Source: a virus
Reading direction: 5' to 3' (one strand)
IMG/VR virus record: IMGVR_UViG_3300045988_028354
Length of the DNA stretch: 64,000 nucleotides
Position numbers and translations under genes: made by a program. Positions 61,898 to 64,000 of the stretch are shown piece after piece (within the stretch, counting starts at the first letter, position 1; each line of letters starts with the position of its first letter). The notes below the pieces were generated by a model, which saw nothing but the letters and a program-made list of their open reading frames with translations, was not told the origin of the DNA and searched no databases.

Positions 61898-62733
61898 TAG
61901 TAATTTGTTTTTTGTCTCCAGAGGTTAAGTCTTTGTTTCTTAAAGAATAACCTGTAGATTGATTCATCTGAAAACCCTTGTAATCCCAAGAATCCCATAT
62001 ATAGGTAGAAAGCTTTTACCAAAGAATACTGAAAGTCTAATTCCTTAGTCATTACTTGGGTTTGTTTCCATGGTCTACACTTAAGAAGATTCCTTGCAAT
62101 ATTCAATTCATATACTACATTGAATAATAATACCTTCTCTTCTTCATGAGATGCTTCACTTAAAGTATTAAACCCAGGAGTATAATCTTTTACAGATTCA
62201 TGGTCTTCATCAATCATATTAAACCGATTAACTAAACCAATACTACCTTCGGTAACCATTGCTATACCCATAGTAATCACATCTTTCAATTCTTTTACTT
62301 TGAAGTCAGAGTAATCGATTACATAAGACGTTCCCCATGAGAATATGTCTTCTGGTAGTATATTTGCAAAATGGAACAAAGTGAATAGGAATCCCAGAGC
62401 ATCTCCCTGTTCTTCATTGGCATTCTGCAAATGATTGAGTACCTGAGTATATTCATCTTCGGTTAGTTGGTCAATATTCCATCCCCACTTGTGGCATATC
62501 TTTACTACCTCAGAGGTAGATTCATAACCCTCCATTAGTTCTTCGATAACCCTGGCAATAAAATCCTTAAGAACTACTTGATTTTGGTGATTATTAATAT
62601 CAACCGGATAATCGGGTAGCTTTTCTATTTGCCTGTAGCCGTCTAATTGTTCTAACGAAAGAGAATACATTGATTGTAAATACGTACCTACTTCTAAAGG
62701 AGGTACTATTTCCTTGATATTACGTATATCCAT
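61897..62733 (-). CDS. all-alpha NTP pyrophosphohydrolase (MazG / T4 gp56-like)
   Basis: ARVIEELMEGYE (E..E) and NANEEQGDALGFLFTLFHFANILPEDIF (EE..D) parallel T4 gp56 DDEFRELL and EIKFELVDIFHFVLNMFVGLGMNAEEIF as I remember them. Confidence 0.55.
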   Translation of the reverse strand: MDIRNIKEIVPPLEVGTYLQSMYSLSLEQLDGYRQIEKLPDYPVDINNHQNQVVLKDFIARVIEELMEGYESTSEVVKICHKWGWNIDQLTEDEYTQVLNHLQNANEEQGDALGFLFTLFHFANILPEDIFSWGTSYVIDYSDFKVKELKDVITMGIAMVTEGSIGLVNRFNMIDEDHESVKDYTPGFNTLSEASHEEEKVLLFNVVYELNIARNLLKCRPWKQTQVMTKELDFQYSLVKAFYLYMGFLGLQGFSDESIYRLFFKKQRLNLWRQKTNY

Positions 62734-63287
62734 TACTTACTTCCTGTTGAATTAAATCCACCTTCACCTCTTGTTCCCCACATTTGAGATTCAGAATAGA
62801 ATTCTTCTGATTGAATCTCCTCGGGTTCTGTGAGATAGATTGGTACATGAATAAATTGGGTTGCTTTCTCATCCGCCTTTAAAGTCTGTATTACTCGACT
62901 AAGATTGATTATACCAATATGAATCTCTCCTACATAGGGAGAATCTACAATCTCTGCAGTATACAGAAGACCTTTTTTAGAAGCAAGCCCAGACTTATTA
63001 GCTGCCATGAGCATAGACTCTTGAGGTTCAATAAGAGGTTTAATACCTGATGGGATAAGAATCCTTCCTCCCGGGTAAATTTGAATATCAGTTACGAAGT
63101 TGGTAGTTGTATTTACTCCCAATACAAAATCTGGAGTAAAATGATTTGGAGATTGGTTTGCCTCGATTTGAATTAATTGTTGAGGGTCTAAATTTCTTGG
63201 AATATAGAAATCCAAACCTGCATCACCTGCATTACTTCTCGATGGAGTCTTTACGTCTCTTACTTTAATAAATCTGAATCTGTTCAT
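62733..63287 (-). CDS. dut: trimeric dUTPase
   Basis: Motifs AGDAGLDF, ILIPSG, IVDSPYVGEI, TRGEGGFNSTG. Confidence 0.85.
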   Translation of the reverse strand: MNRFRFIKVRDVKTPSRSNAGDAGLDFYIPRNLDPQQLIQIEANQSPNHFTPDFVLGVNTTTNFVTDIQIYPGGRILIPSGIKPLIEPQESMLMAANKSGLASKKGLLYTAEIVDSPYVGEIHIGIINLSRVIQTLKADEKATQFIHVPIYLTEPEEIQSEEFYSESQMWGTRGEGGFNSTGSK

Positions 63288-63493
63288 AATATATTACATT
63301 GTTTTAAAAGTTGTCCAAAGGTTAATCCTCGTTGAGGAGTTACTCCGAGTGAATGACAGAATCTTTCTACGTCGTATTCACCCTGCATAAACAAATCAGC
63401 AAGAACATCATCTTGCCGTACATAATAATTTGGGTTGTTAAGATATAACTTAAACATTGCCCATATCATTCTTAACTTACCTACTTTTCCCAT
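63284..63493 (-). CDS. hypothetical protein (start uncertain)
   Basis: The track start at 63547 is TTG. ATGs at 63493 and 63469. ATGA overlap with dut at the 3-prime end. Confidence 0.5.
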   Translation of the reverse strand: MGKVGKLRMIWAMFKLYLNNPNYYVRQDDVLADLFMQGEYDVERFCHSLGVTPQRGLTFGQLLKQCNIL

Positions 63494-63869
63494 TGCATTC
63501 TTTATAAAGTTCTCTAATACGTTTCTTAGGTACTTCGAATTTCTCAACTGTCTTTGAGATAATTTCTTTTCTGTCTTTCCCTTTCCGAATCAAGCTTCGG
63601 ATGAATTTCTTGATACCAACCGTGTCTTCTAATACATCCAAATCTTTGTATTGATTCTTCTGTTCTAATTCTTTCCTTGTAATGTTCAAGTTCTGGGACA
63701 TCTTGAATGCACACAGTTCTGAATCTCCGCATAATTTACATTCTTTAGTGGATAAATCATACCCAATACCAAAGCATGGGTCTCCATTACTTCCCAACTG
63801 AGAGATATCCAAGGGTGTTAGGATATCCTGCTTGGTTAAGTCGGGAAGCATTTGTTTTTTCTTTGCCAT
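63477..63869 (-). CDS. hypothetical Cys-containing basic protein
   Basis: 130 aa, MAKKKQ..., with C..G...........C.LC.....C spacing. Confidence 0.6.
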   Translation of the reverse strand: MAKKKQMLPDLTKQDILTPLDISQLGSNGDPCFGIGYDLSTKECKLCGDSELCAFKMSQNLNITRKELEQKNQYKDLDVLEDTVGIKKFIRSLIRKGKDRKEIISKTVEKFEVPKKRIRELYKECNGKSR

Positions 63870-63871
63870 AA

Positions 63872-64000
63872 TTAATCATCTATTTTTTTTTCTGTTAGTC
63901 TTATGACTGAATCTCCAATCTTCAATTCCGACTCATATAGTGGTAAGTAGGAATATCCAATTGCATTAATAAATAGTTTTCTGATATCACCCAAGTGTTG
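63872..64000 (-). CDS. C-terminal fragment of a gene entering from the right edge
   Basis: Only one minus frame is open across 63875..64000 (...QHLGDIRKLFINAIGYSYLPLYESELKIGDSVIRLTEKKIDD, stop at 63872..63874). Confidence 0.45.
   Translation of the reverse strand, partial: QHLGDIRKLFINAIGYSYLPLYESELKIGDSVIRLTEKKIDD

Noticed and set aside
1-64000. Stop-codon reassignment (TAG or TGA recoding), as seen in some gut phages.
   Set aside because: Long structural and replication genes (6.2 kb, 4.0 kb, 2.3 kb) are intact under the standard code, and genes end at all three stop codons.
1-64000. Prophage or integration signals.
   Set aside because: I found no integrase, excisionase, repressor-like switch or att-like flanking host genes. 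Everything in the window is phage-like, so lifestyle cannot be judged from this piece.

Overview
The whole 64-kb window is one contiguous piece of a large tailed dsDNA phage genome. The host is almost certainly a Bacteroidota. Support for that: ten promoters with the Bacteroidota -33 TTG / -7 TAnnTTTG architecture, BACON-like repeat proteins, and no obvious Shine-Dalgarno sites. Almost all genes are on the minus strand and tightly packed, and many junctions are ATGA or TAATG stop/start overlaps.

Layout in transcription order (right to left):
- 64.0-47.8 kb: nucleotide metabolism and a T4-like replication/recombination block. It holds dUTPase, a MazG/gp56-like NTP pyrophosphatase, two tandem T4 gp42-like ThyA-fold genes, family A DNA polymerase, a GroES-like protein, a putative SSB, RecA/UvsX-like recombinase, FEN/RNase H, a P-loop kinase-like protein, SbcD/SbcC-like proteins, an Hjc-like nuclease, a NusG-like protein and a sigma-region-4-like protein.
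- 47.8-29.9 kb: nine promoter-to-hairpin cassettes of small genes of unknown function. They include very lysine-rich and polyacidic proteins and one HNH endonuclease.
- 31.4-28.2 kb: repeat-dense non-coding patches and an AT-rich two-gene island.
- 28.2-25.9 kb: the only plus-strand gene cluster.
- 25.9-23.4 kb: endolysin, an HExxH protein, a second HNH endonuclease and a C5-methyltransferase-like gene.
- 23.2-0 kb: terminase, portal, protease/scaffold, capsid, a PKD-domain protein, a 2072-aa coiled-coil fibre, a 1346-aa BACON-repeat fibre and adaptor/tail genes.

I recognised no rRNA, tRNA, CRISPR array, integrase or reverse transcriptase.

Most interesting observations:
1. A T4-style cytosine-modification gene set with a duplicated, degenerate gp42-like paralog.
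2. A promoter family with an upstream CCTCAG box placed exactly 37, 47 or 57 bp from the -7 box.
3. Non-coding patches packed with GGCC-core, TAGGTACC and TAATCC repeats.
4. A cluster of polybasic and polyacidic proteins.

All functional calls come from motif reading by eye and from remembered family signatures. No database search was run. Several ORF-track starts are TTG; I moved those to the first sensible ATG.
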